A stretch of DNA of 64,000 nucleotides, taken from positions 875,597 through 939,596 of the forward strand of contig CBDAUD010000001.1 of the NCBI GenBank assembly GCA_965200485.1, given 5' to 3'. This document shows positions 19,780 to 29,041 of this stretch, piece after piece. Under the pieces are notes generated by a model that ran no database searches, had not been told where the DNA came from, and worked only from the letters and a program-made list of their open reading frames with translations. The first letter of the stretch is position 1, and every line of letters starts with the position of its first letter. Origin of the DNA: a bacterium. GTDB taxonomy: Bacteria > JAAXHH01. Both the position numbers and the translations under genes were made by a program.

Positions 19780-20589
19780 GTGAGCTCATACACCATGACG
19801 CTGGAAGAGAACATGCGGCGCATGCAGCTGGATGGCTGGTGCGTCCTGAAGAACATCATCCCCGGGGACCAGCTGGACGAGGTCCGAGACCAGGTTGTCG
19901 CGTCAACCAACCGCTATCGGAATCCCGACGCCCCCGCGCACATCGGTCACGTGAGCGGTTTCCTGAAGTATGACCAGTCGCTGGCGCCCTTTCTCGCGGA
20001 CCGGCGACTACTCGCCCTGGTCGAGGCACTGCTCGGTCGCCACTTTCGCATCTCGTTCACCACGGCCACCATCAACGAGCCTGGGAACGACCGCGGCGGG
20101 TGGCATGCGGACTGGCCCTTCAACCAGCGGAACGCGGGACACGTGCCCGCTCCCTACCCGGACGCCGTCATGCATCTCACAACCATCTGGATGCTATCGT
20201 CCTTCACCGAAGCCAACGGAGGCACGCTCGTCGTGCCCGGCAGCCACCGCGCCTCCAACAACCCGACCGGGAACAATGGGGTATCCCCCGAAGCACCCTA
20301 TTCGACCGAATTGAACCTGACCGGCGAAGCGGGAAGCGTGCTTGTCATGGACAGTCGGCTTTGGCATTCCACCGCCGCGAACACCTCGCGGGATCCGCGA
20401 GTTGCCGTCGTCGTCCGATACGCGCCCTGGTGGCTGAACCTGAACGTGCTCAGGCCCGGTTCGGAAGACCGTCGGATCCTTGTGGACGAAACAGGCGGCA
20501 CAGAAAACCTGGTTCCCGCGCTTCCGCAGGATGTCTTCGACAACCTGCCTTCTCCGTTGAAGCCCCTGGTATCCCACTGGGTGGCATAG
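19780..20589 (+). CDS. Phytanoyl-CoA dioxygenase (PhyH) family Fe(II)/2-oxoglutarate-type oxygenase
   Basis: 269 aa. GGWHADWP...LVVPGSHR...RLWHST pattern with the HxD...H facial triad and spacing typical of the PhyH family. Confidence 0.75.
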   Translation: MSSYTMTLEENMRRMQLDGWCVLKNIIPGDQLDEVRDQVVASTNRYRNPDAPAHIGHVSGFLKYDQSLAPFLADRRLLALVEALLGRHFRISFTTATINEPGNDRGGWHADWPFNQRNAGHVPAPYPDAVMHLTTIWMLSSFTEANGGTLVVPGSHRASNNPTGNNGVSPEAPYSTELNLTGEAGSVLVMDSRLWHSTAANTSRDPRVAVVVRYAPWWLNLNVLRPGSEDRRILVDETGGTENLVPALPQDVFDNLPSPLKPLVSHWVA

Positions 20590-20708
20590 CACCATCGGCC
20601 GACCGTCGCCCGCTCGCGCCCCGCATTGCTGTGCAACATTTTCATCATCGCCAGCGTCTTAACCATAACGCGGATCGTTTGAGGCAGGTTAACCATGACA
20701 CGCCGGGG

Positions 20709-21482
20709 ATGGATCTGATGAATACGTTTTGGAAACTGATGGTCGCTGGTGCATGTATCGCGGTCGGTCTGGATGCAGACGCGCAAGACGTCAGGATGAT
20801 GCGAACTGAAAAGGGATTCGTGGAGCGCATAACAGCCTCGTACACGGTAGACTCGGCCGGCGAGCTGGCTGTAGATGCCGACTTCGGCTTTGTTCGGATC
20901 GAGACCTCCTCCGGCAACAAAGTCGAGATTCTGGTGGAAAAGCGGCTGAAGGCAGGTGGCGAAGACCTGGCACATCGGATCTTCGAGGAAGTGGAAGTCG
21001 TGACAAAGCAGCAGGGCAGCGACGTACACATTCGCGTTGACAACTCCCGGTGGTTCAAGCGCGACGGGGTCTCCCTGGCCATCATGGTGCAGGTGCCGGC
21101 TACCTACAATCTGGACGTCAAGACGTCAGGAAACAGCATCGAAATCGGAGACCTGGAAGGCGAGGTCATGGCGAAGACCGCTGGCGGCAGCATCCGGATC
21201 GGTGCGACAAAAGGGGACGTGACCGCCAAGACGATGGGCGGAAGTATACGAATCGGCCCGACTGAAGGGGGCGTCTATGCCAATACCCTGGGCGGAAGTA
21301 TCCATATAGGCGACGCAAGGGGAGACGTGTCGGCCAGGACGCTGGGCGGCAGCATCCGTATTGGTATTGCGAACGGAGATGTGTCGGCCAGGACGCTGGG
21401 TGGAAACATCACTGTCGAAAGCGCCTCGGGAAAAGTGTCGGCCAAGACGCTGGGTGGCAAAGTCCGGGTCGGTTCCACATAA
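20709..21482 (+). CDS. DUF4097-family beta-helical repeat protein (putative adhesin-like), secreted/membrane-anchored
   Basis: 257 aa from ATG 20709 (MDLMNTFWKLMVAGACIAVG...). It contains 8+ tandem about 20-aa repeats of the form TLGGSIRIG..GDV.A.T. The upstream part of the track ORF (20100-) is a frame shadow of the PhyH gene. Confidence 0.75.
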   Translation: MDLMNTFWKLMVAGACIAVGLDADAQDVRMMRTEKGFVERITASYTVDSAGELAVDADFGFVRIETSSGNKVEILVEKRLKAGGEDLAHRIFEEVEVVTKQQGSDVHIRVDNSRWFKRDGVSLAIMVQVPATYNLDVKTSGNSIEIGDLEGEVMAKTAGGSIRIGATKGDVTAKTMGGSIRIGPTEGGVYANTLGGSIHIGDARGDVSARTLGGSIRIGIANGDVSARTLGGNITVESASGKVSAKTLGGKVRVGST

Positions 21483-21493
21483 ACCATCGCGAC

Positions 21494-21525
21494 CATAACA
21501 GGCGATGACCACATCGCCTGTTATG
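21494..21525 (+). promoter_or_regulatory. Perfect 14-bp inverted repeat between the two DUF4097 genes (operator or intercistronic hairpin)
   Basis: CATAACAGGCGATG-acca-CATCGCCTGTTATG, followed by AAAATCAGGGAGG (SD) and the ATG of the second DUF4097 gene. Confidence 0.5.
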
Positions 21526-21542
21526 AAAATCAGGGAGGAACG

Positions 21543-22769
21543 ATGTATTTGTCACTGGTCCTGTTTAGTGTCAGCCTGCTGGTTGCCTCGGTACATGACT
21601 GCAAGGCTCAGGAGGTCACTTTCATGCGCGACGGATCGTATTACGTAGAACGCACCCACCAGAGATATTCGGTGGATGGGGCTGGCACGTTGACCCTGGA
21701 TGCCGACTTCGGCTCGGTCCGGGTCGAAAGCTGGTCCAACGACGAAGTAGACGTAGCGATAGAAAAACGCCGGATGGGTATCCGCGAAAACGATGCCCGC
21801 GATGCCTTCGAAGACGTTACCGTGGATGTCGCCCGGCAGGGGAATGACGTAGACGTCCGGATAGACCGGACACGCAGTTTCGGCTCCGACAAGGTATCGG
21901 TGAATATCCAGCTCAGGATACCGGAGTATTACCGTCTCGATCTCAAGACATCCGGCGGCGATATTGATGTCGGAGACTTGCGAGGCGACGTCCTTGCGCA
22001 CACCTCCGGTGGCAACGTGAACATCGGGAATGTAACGGAAGCCTCGATTCAGGTCCACACTTCGGGCGGCGATATAAGCGTTCGGGGCGGTGGAAGGGAA
22101 ACGAAGGTGTCCACCTCGGGCGGAGATATAAAGATTCGCACCGCCCGGGGCGCAGTGGATGCAAGAACTTCCGGTGGTGATATAAAGATCAGCAATACAA
22201 CGGGCGGAGTGACGGCGACGACCTCCGGCGGCGATATCACGATCGGTGCGGCGATGGGCGGGGTGACGGCGAAGACGTCCGGCGGCGATGTAACGATTGA
22301 CGGCGTCCGTGGCGAGGTGGATGTCCATACCTCGGGCGGCGACGTCGAAATTGATCATGCCGAGGGCAACCTGAAGGCCAGCACCTCGGGCGGCGATATA
22401 ACGATCGGCAATGCGACGGGTGGCGTCACGGCGAAGACGTCCGGCGGCGATATCGAAGCTGGTTTGAAGGCGAACGTAAGCGCGTTGGAAAAGGAATGGT
22501 CACTGCAGTCTACCGGAGGGGAACTGACCATTCGCATTCCGGAGGACCTGTCTGCCACGGTCGAGGCGGAGATCCATCTTGAGCGGTCCTGGTTCGGACG
22601 CGACCGGGATTATCGAATCGACTCGGACTTCGACTTGGACGAAAAGGACGCCAACACCCGGAACCGAAGGACGATAAGCGCTACCGGCGATATCAACAGC
22701 GGAGGGACGCGTATCAGGCTGGTCACGCGTGGCGGCGATATACAGATTCGCAAGGTGCGGTCTTCGTAG
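21543..22769 (+). CDS. DUF4097-family beta-helical repeat protein, signal peptide (paralog of 20709-21482)
   Basis: 408 aa. N-terminal signal peptide MYLSLVLFSVSLLVASVHDCKAQE. It has more than 12 repeats of TSGGDI.I....G.V.A. Confidence 0.8.
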   Translation: MYLSLVLFSVSLLVASVHDCKAQEVTFMRDGSYYVERTHQRYSVDGAGTLTLDADFGSVRVESWSNDEVDVAIEKRRMGIRENDARDAFEDVTVDVARQGNDVDVRIDRTRSFGSDKVSVNIQLRIPEYYRLDLKTSGGDIDVGDLRGDVLAHTSGGNVNIGNVTEASIQVHTSGGDISVRGGGRETKVSTSGGDIKIRTARGAVDARTSGGDIKISNTTGGVTATTSGGDITIGAAMGGVTAKTSGGDVTIDGVRGEVDVHTSGGDVEIDHAEGNLKASTSGGDITIGNATGGVTAKTSGGDIEAGLKANVSALEKEWSLQSTGGELTIRIPEDLSATVEAEIHLERSWFGRDRDYRIDSDFDLDEKDANTRNRRTISATGDINSGGTRIRLVTRGGDIQIRKVRSS

Positions 22770-22819
22770 GGTGCGGTCCCGAGAAACGGTCCGAGCCATC
22801 TCCGGCCGCAGCTTTCGAA

Positions 22820-23779
22820 TCAGCCCGTGCCCAGATATCCCGCGAGTTGCGTCGGCATGATGTTGCCGCCGCTGAGCAGCGCCACCACCTTCTTGCCTTC
22901 CAGCGACACGATGCCGTTCAGGAGCGCGGCGACGCCGACGGCGCCTCCTGGTTCAACCACGAGTTTGGCGGTCCCGATGAGGTACTTTACCGCATCGATC
23001 GCCTGCTCGTCGGACACCAGCACCATCTCATCCACGTAGCGTGCAACGTGTTCGAAGGTGAGGACGCCCGGCCGCGGCGCCACAAGCGAATCGCACACCG
23101 TGTCCGGTTCCGGCACTTCGCAGATTTCTTTCTTCAAAAAAGACTGGTATACGGCCTGAGATCCCTCGGGCTGAACGCCGATCACCCGCACCGCCGGGTT
23201 CAGCGCTTTAACGGCGGCGGCGACCCCGCCGATCAGCCCCCCGCTGCTCACGGGCACGATCACGGCGTCCAGGTCTGACGCCTGCTCCATGATTTCGGCG
23301 CCAATGCTGCCGTGACCCCGGATGACGTGCTCGTCCTCCCATGTATCGATCACCGTAATGCCCCGTTCCCTGCCCAGCCGGTCCAGCGTGTCCCATCTCG
23401 CCCGGTTGCGGTTTTCGCACAATACCGCTTCGGCGCCGTACGCCCGTGTGCGCCGGATCTTGTAAGGGGAGGTCTTTTCCATCATTACGATAGCGGTCGG
23501 GATCTTGAGGAGCGTACCCATGAAGGCGAATGCCGTCGCAAAGTTCCCGGAGGAGGAAATCGCGGCGCCCCTTTTCTTCTGGTCATCGGAAAGGCCGTTC
23601 AGGATGGTATAGGCCGCGCGCGTCTTGTACGATCCGGTCACCTGGAGGTTTTCAGTCTTCAGCCAGATATCCGCACCCGTCTGATCGGAAATAGCGCCCG
23701 AACGCAGAACGGGCGTGTAGACGATTTCCGGCGGAAACAACTTTCTGGCCTGCTCTATCTCTTCCAGTGTGACCAGCAT
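22820..23779 (-). CDS. PLP-dependent fold-type II enzyme (threonine/serine dehydratase or serine-racemase-like)
   Basis: The PLP-lysine motif is ENLQVTGSYKTRAAY. The glycine-rich loop is PVSSGGLIGGVAAAVK. The start is taken at MLVTLEEIE (23779); the track ORF extends to 23848. Confidence 0.8.
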   Translation of the reverse strand: MLVTLEEIEQARKLFPPEIVYTPVLRSGAISDQTGADIWLKTENLQVTGSYKTRAAYTILNGLSDDQKKRGAAISSSGNFATAFAFMGTLLKIPTAIVMMEKTSPYKIRRTRAYGAEAVLCENRNRARWDTLDRLGRERGITVIDTWEDEHVIRGHGSIGAEIMEQASDLDAVIVPVSSGGLIGGVAAAVKALNPAVRVIGVQPEGSQAVYQSFLKKEICEVPEPDTVCDSLVAPRPGVLTFEHVARYVDEMVLVSDEQAIDAVKYLIGTAKLVVEPGGAVGVAALLNGIVSLEGKKVVALLSGGNIMPTQLAGYLGTG

Positions 23780-23982
23780 CGTTTTCCTTTTTGATCCGAT
23801 TTGCCCCTGTTCAATGCACCGGGGTTCGGCCCGTTTGAGGCATCTCACAATCTGATCTGCAGTGACTTGACGTCAAGCGAAATCGGCTCTGGTATCGTGT
23901 ATCGCTTGAAGGATTCGGGTTGCCCATTGTAGACAGTATGGACATTATATCTGATTTTGGTCGAATTTAACCTTTTAGCCCC

Positions 23983-26568
23983 TTGCTGGAGCATGGTATG
24001 CCATCTCATCCGTCCGTCCGGATCACCGGCGGCATGTTTTCTATCGCGGTCGGCCTTCTGTTGCTGACAGGCACGGCGCCGGCCCAATCTTCGGACGAAG
24101 AGGCCACGCTTCATCCGGATACGCCGCCAGCGTCCCAAACGCCAGCGCCTACGTCGGAAACAACCGAACGGACACAGGCCTCGCGGCCCTTTAGCGTTCC
24201 GCTGCCCGTTTCGAAAGCGCCTTTCGACTACGCAAGCCTTGATCCTGCGGATTACATGCTCGAGGCCAGGCGGATCGCCTCGAGCATCAATGTAGATGGT
24301 CATCTGGACGAAGCGGAATGGCAGCAGGCGGATGTCGCCGGCGATTTCTTCCAGTTCGAACCGGAAGAGGGCGCCCCGGCGACGCACCCGACCGAAGTCC
24401 GAGTGCTTTACGACGACGTAAATCTCTACGTGGGGTTCGTCTGCTTCGACCCGAATCCGGAAAATATCATGGCGCCGGACATGCAGCGAGACACCCGGAT
24501 GACGTTCTCCAACGATGTGGTAACGGTCGTCATCGCTTCCCTTGATCACTATCGCGAAGCCTACGAATTTCAGACCAATCCAAACGGCGCCCGGTCCGAT
24601 CTCTTCGTTAGCGGCGAAGGCAATAACACCGACCGCGACTGGAACGGTCTGTGGAATTCGGCAAGCCAGGTATACGATTACGGATGGTCGGCCGAATTTC
24701 TAATTCCCTTCCATACTTTGAGATTCCCCCGACGCCGGAATCAGACATGGGGGATAAACTTCGGACGTAGGATTCAGCGCTATCGGGAGGAATCCTACTG
24801 GGTGCCTCTGAGTCTCAGGGACGGCGACGAGGCCCTGTTTCGCTTTGGCAAGGGCGGCCGCCTGACCGGCCTGACCGATATCACGCCCGGCGGTCGCGTT
24901 CAGGCTACCCCGTTTACCGTGGTGGGCGCACAGTCCTCCCGTTTTACCGATGCCGACCCGACCCCCGCCCAGCCCATCGCCGCGACCGCCCTCGACAGCG
25001 GCATGCAGCGGCAACTGGGCGGCGACCTGAAGGTCAGCATTACGTCCGGGATGACGCTGAATGCCACGATCAACCCCGATTTCGCGCAGGTGGAAGCGGA
25101 CGACGAGGTCGTGAACCTCTCCCGCTTCGAGTTCCAGTTCACGGAAAAGCGCCCCTTTTTCCTGGAGCGCAGCGATATTTTCCGCCTCAACCAGCGGAGA
25201 CAGCAGCGTGGGCCTCGCCGGGGCGGCGACCTGACCCCGCAGCTCTTCTTCAGCCGGCGCGTCGGCCGTCAACTGCCGGACGGGAAGACGGTCCCCATTG
25301 ACCTCGGCATGCGCCTTACGGGCAAGATCGGATACACGACCGTCGGGTTCCTGAACGTTCAGACCCGGGAGACCCAGTACGAAGACGACGGGGAACAGAA
25401 AACGGAGCCCGTGACCAACTGGCAGGCTCTGCGGTTAGTGCGGGACTTCGGGTCGCGGTCGAGCGTGGGCATGCTGGCCACGTTCAAGGAACCGAACCCC
25501 CGGTTCAACGACCGGATCGGGATGGCCATACCCCGTTACGCGGAATCGGACTACAACAGGGTATTGGGTTTCGATCTCAATCTGGCCTCCCAGGCGACCA
25601 ATCACCGGAGTCAGATTACTTTCGCCAAGAGCTGGACGGATACGCTCAGTACCAGCAACCAGGACTGGACCTTCCGGATCATCGAGCGGTGGCAGAACCG
25701 CTGGCTGAGCTACGGCGTTTCGTACCTGGATATCGGCGATGATTTCATTGCCCAGACCGGCCTGGTTCGGGACGAGGGCCTGCAGAGGATAGGACTCGGT
25801 ATCACGGCGAACACCTTTCTGCGCCGGTTTGGCATTCGCCGTATCAACGGAGGATTCCGAAGCAATTACGTGACCAGGAAGGACACGGACTTCTCGGATG
25901 CCGATTCCTGGTCCTTCCAGCCCAACATGTTCCTGGAACTGGAATGGGGGATGTGGATTTCCGCGTCATATAATATGAATTTCGATACGCTGAGCGAAAC
26001 GACGCGCATCGCCGGCGTACATTTCCCCGAAGGGTCCTATTCGTACAACCAGGGCTCGCTCTTTCTCTTTACCGACAGCGGCCGGAAGATCTCGTACCAG
26101 GGCAGTGTCCGGTACGGACGCTTCTACGGCGCCGACCTGCTCAGCCTGTCGAGCGAGCTTTCCATAAAGCCGACGCCCCGCTTTGCGCTGGAACCGGGCA
26201 TCACGCGAAGTCGGGTCGATCGGGGCAACAGACTGGGGTTGGAGGCCGACGAGTACGATCACCGGACGCAACTTATACCCAGCGTCCGCATGAGCTACGC
26301 GTTCACGCCGAACCTGTCGTTCTCTTCCTTCGTCCAGTTCAACGCGGACAGGCAACGGGAGATCGACACATACCATCTGAACACGATCACCATGAATCTT
26401 CTGCTTGCCTACCGATCGCCGTTCGGTCATTCCTTCTTTCTGGCTTTCAATCAGTTCCGCGATGACGACATCGATACCGACAGCACCTTCGGGGTCTTTG
26501 AACGGACGCCCCTGCGCCTGCGGGACCAGCAGATCGTCGCGAAGGTTTCCTACCTTTTCAATCTGTAG
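23983..26568 (+). CDS. DUF5916-family outer-membrane-associated protein with N-terminal CBM9-like/DOMON-like domain
   Basis: 861 aa. Signal peptide (MFSIAVGLLLLTGTAPAQS). The CBM9-like motif is INVDGHLDEAEWQQADVAGDFFQFEP. The protein is long and rich in beta-strands and aromatics, ending in ...VSYLFNL (OMP-like terminal aromatic). Confidence 0.7.
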   Translation: MLEHGMPSHPSVRITGGMFSIAVGLLLLTGTAPAQSSDEEATLHPDTPPASQTPAPTSETTERTQASRPFSVPLPVSKAPFDYASLDPADYMLEARRIASSINVDGHLDEAEWQQADVAGDFFQFEPEEGAPATHPTEVRVLYDDVNLYVGFVCFDPNPENIMAPDMQRDTRMTFSNDVVTVVIASLDHYREAYEFQTNPNGARSDLFVSGEGNNTDRDWNGLWNSASQVYDYGWSAEFLIPFHTLRFPRRRNQTWGINFGRRIQRYREESYWVPLSLRDGDEALFRFGKGGRLTGLTDITPGGRVQATPFTVVGAQSSRFTDADPTPAQPIAATALDSGMQRQLGGDLKVSITSGMTLNATINPDFAQVEADDEVVNLSRFEFQFTEKRPFFLERSDIFRLNQRRQQRGPRRGGDLTPQLFFSRRVGRQLPDGKTVPIDLGMRLTGKIGYTTVGFLNVQTRETQYEDDGEQKTEPVTNWQALRLVRDFGSRSSVGMLATFKEPNPRFNDRIGMAIPRYAESDYNRVLGFDLNLASQATNHRSQITFAKSWTDTLSTSNQDWTFRIIERWQNRWLSYGVSYLDIGDDFIAQTGLVRDEGLQRIGLGITANTFLRRFGIRRINGGFRSNYVTRKDTDFSDADSWSFQPNMFLELEWGMWISASYNMNFDTLSETTRIAGVHFPEGSYSYNQGSLFLFTDSGRKISYQGSVRYGRFYGADLLSLSSELSIKPTPRFALEPGITRSRVDRGNRLGLEADEYDHRTQLIPSVRMSYAFTPNLSFSSFVQFNADRQREIDTYHLNTITMNLLLAYRSPFGHSFFLAFNQFRDDDIDTDSTFGVFERTPLRLRDQQIVAKVSYLFNL

Positions 26569-26596
26569 GCTGTTTCCAATCTGCTAGAGGGGATAC

Positions 26597-27505
26597 ATGA
26601 CCGTTAACGCATCAAAATCAACCGCTGCGGGTTTCATGATGGCGATCTTGCTGCTCCTCGTTCCGGCTGCGGAGACCGCGGCGCAGGATCGGAGGACGTC
26701 CGGCTGGTATGTTTCGGTCGGTCTGGGCGGCAGCCTGGTCTCCGGACTGGATCAATCGGGTTTCAACACGGACGGCCTCTGTTACCCGACCAGCGCCTGT
26801 TTTGATCTGGATGTACCCCCGGATATTCCCGGTTACAGATGGCGTTACGACCCATCCACCGATCAGGGAATCGGTTTCGACGCCGCAGTCGGACGGGTGT
26901 TCGACCGCACCCGCCTAGAGGTCGCCTTCGCACAATGGAGAAACAACGTAGACCAGGGGCCGCCGCTTGCCGTGACATTCCTGGATGGCACGTCCGAGGG
27001 GTCCAGTTCCTTCCTCGGCCTTGGCCTGTTGGAGTCGACTTCCACGGCATTCATCGACGACCTCCTGACCAGAGCGGTCACCCTGAACGCCTACTACGAT
27101 TTGCCCTTCGGGTCGCGCAGGATAACGCCATACGTGGGTGTGGGAACCGGTATTGCTTTCGTGAACCTGACCCGGGTCTATTATCTGGGCGAATACAGCA
27201 ATCCACCGGGTTCGGGTGTCGTTTACGACCCGCCGCTGTCGTTCTACAACAACAAACAAGATACCGGATTATCCGATACGGTATTTGCGGGGCATGTATA
27301 CGCGGGAGCCGACTACAGCCTGAACGAACGTGCCACAATCGGCCTCAAGGCGGCGTACTCCAGGGTGGATGATACCGAGCACACCGGAACGTATGAATTC
27401 CATGGCTACTTCGAGACGGATCCCTCTTTTACAAACTACAACACGTTCAGCGCCACGAACCACTTTTCCCTGACGCTGAACGTGCGCGTGCTGTTTGGAA
27501 ACTGA
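26597..27505 (+). CDS. Outer-membrane beta-barrel protein (porin/OmpA-like barrel domain)
   Basis: 302 aa. Signal peptide MMAILLLLVPAAETAAQD. Amphipathic beta-strand pattern with C-terminal ...LTLNVRVLFGN ending in an aromatic-x-terminal residue. Confidence 0.7.
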   Translation: MTVNASKSTAAGFMMAILLLLVPAAETAAQDRRTSGWYVSVGLGGSLVSGLDQSGFNTDGLCYPTSACFDLDVPPDIPGYRWRYDPSTDQGIGFDAAVGRVFDRTRLEVAFAQWRNNVDQGPPLAVTFLDGTSEGSSSFLGLGLLESTSTAFIDDLLTRAVTLNAYYDLPFGSRRITPYVGVGTGIAFVNLTRVYYLGEYSNPPGSGVVYDPPLSFYNNKQDTGLSDTVFAGHVYAGADYSLNERATIGLKAAYSRVDDTEHTGTYEFHGYFETDPSFTNYNTFSATNHFSLTLNVRVLFGN

Positions 27506-27538
27506 CGCGCGAGACGGAAGGAAAACGCCGACGTGGCA

Positions 27539-27559
27539 CGGACCGGGCTGCCCGGTCCG
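27539..27559. terminator. GC-rich perfect hairpin between convergent genes (candidate bidirectional terminator)
   Basis: CGGACCGGG-CTG-CCCGGTCCG forms a 9-bp perfect stem with a 3-nt loop. It lies in the 74-nt gap between the OMP gene (+) and the aorC-like gene (-). No U-tract. Confidence 0.4.
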
Positions 27560-27579
27560 ACGCTGCCCCCGGGTTCCAA

Positions 27580-28950
27580 CTATCCCACGGAGTTGACGAA
27601 GAGCCGATGCGCGGTGCGATCCTTGCCGGGATCCTGCGTATGCTGGTAAGCACGGTGCTCGGACGGTTTGCCGAGCGCGGTGAGGGCCAGCATCTTTTCC
27701 GCGGTCTTCGTGGCTACGTAGGGCCGTCTGATGTCCGTCGGATTTGCCTGGATATGCTGCTTCCAGGCGCCCAAATCCGTTTTCGCCTGGATCAGCCCCT
27801 TGATCATCCCCATGTCGTTCAACATGGCCATATCGTCCGCGGGTCCGAGCAGGATGGCGCCGGTCATCGTGTCGCCTTCCCAGATCAGCTTCCGGTAGAC
27901 CGGACGGTTGGCATTAATGACTTCGGTGACGTCTCCGCTGCCGGACCAGTCGCCGAAACTGGCGCACTGCAGCCCGCAGACGTCCAGGATATTCATCAGC
28001 AGGCTGCCGGGATATTCCACGTCCTGGCCTGCCATGTTCGCGCCTGCGATCCGTCCGTGATCGACGGCGGTGGGCTGAATGGCGTGCACGGTCTGCCCGC
28101 CCGTGGACAGGTCCGGTCCCTCGGCCACGTCACCCGCGGCATACACATGGGCCACATTGGTCTGGCACCGGTTGTTGACCAGGACACCCTGGTTGGTTTC
28201 TATGCCCGACCCATCGAGAAAATCGATGTTGGCCTTGATCCCTGTGGCCATGATGACCACGTCCGCCCGGATGGACGATCCGTCGGACAGCCGAAGGGTC
28301 TTTGCCCCGTCGTGGTCGTGATCAATGGACTGAACGCTCACGCCGGTATGCACTTCAACGCCATTGGACTCAAGCCAGGTACCCACCAGGGAAGCGCCCT
28401 GCGCGTCGAGCATGCGGGGCAGCACCTGTCCTTCCAGTTCGATCACCTTCAGTCGGGCGCCGCGCTTGTGCATCGCGTTGAGGATGATGAAACCGATGAA
28501 CCCGGCCCCGATGAACGCCACCTCGGCATCGCTTCCAAGCGCGCCCACCGTCTGCTCCGCGTCCGCCATGGTCCAGAGATTGTGCACTCCGTCGCCATCC
28601 GAGCCGGGGATATTCAGCTTCTGGGCGGACGACCCGGTGGCGATCAGCAGGTTGTCGAAGGGCACCATCGAACCGTCGCTGAGCGATACCATGTTCGCGT
28701 GGGGATTCACCTCGGTGACGCGGACCCCGAAACGGGTTTTCACGCCCAGTCTGCCGAAATAATCGTCGTCGCCCGTATGTACCTGTCCGACCGGGATATT
28801 CCCTGAAATGTAGTAGGGCAGGGCCATGCGGGAATAGGCCGGTTCATCGGAGATCAGGGTGATGGATGCGTCCGCGTCGTAACCGCGGATCGTTTCGATG
28901 GCATTCATCCCTCCCGGTCCGCCGCCCACAATCACATGTTCTGTTGCCAT
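27580..28950 (-). CDS. aorC: FAD-dependent pyridine nucleotide-disulfide oxidoreductase (AorC-like NAD(P)-linked subunit)
   Basis: 456 aa. FAD motif VIVGGGPGGMNA. Second dinucleotide motif VAFIGAGFIGFI. It is third in the operon ferredoxin -> AOR -> this gene, 91 nt downstream of AOR. Confidence 0.8.
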   Translation of the reverse strand: MATEHVIVGGGPGGMNAIETIRGYDADASITLISDEPAYSRMALPYYISGNIPVGQVHTGDDDYFGRLGVKTRFGVRVTEVNPHANMVSLSDGSMVPFDNLLIATGSSAQKLNIPGSDGDGVHNLWTMADAEQTVGALGSDAEVAFIGAGFIGFIILNAMHKRGARLKVIELEGQVLPRMLDAQGASLVGTWLESNGVEVHTGVSVQSIDHDHDGAKTLRLSDGSSIRADVVIMATGIKANIDFLDGSGIETNQGVLVNNRCQTNVAHVYAAGDVAEGPDLSTGGQTVHAIQPTAVDHGRIAGANMAGQDVEYPGSLLMNILDVCGLQCASFGDWSGSGDVTEVINANRPVYRKLIWEGDTMTGAILLGPADDMAMLNDMGMIKGLIQAKTDLGAWKQHIQANPTDIRRPYVATKTAEKMLALTALGKPSEHRAYQHTQDPGKDRTAHRLFVNSVG

Positions 28951-29041
28951 AATCCACTCCTTGTTCCTCGGCTGAAACCCGGTGATGCCTGGACGCGCTC
29001 GGACGCGCCCGTCATCGTCCGGATTCAGGGCTGGATCGGCG

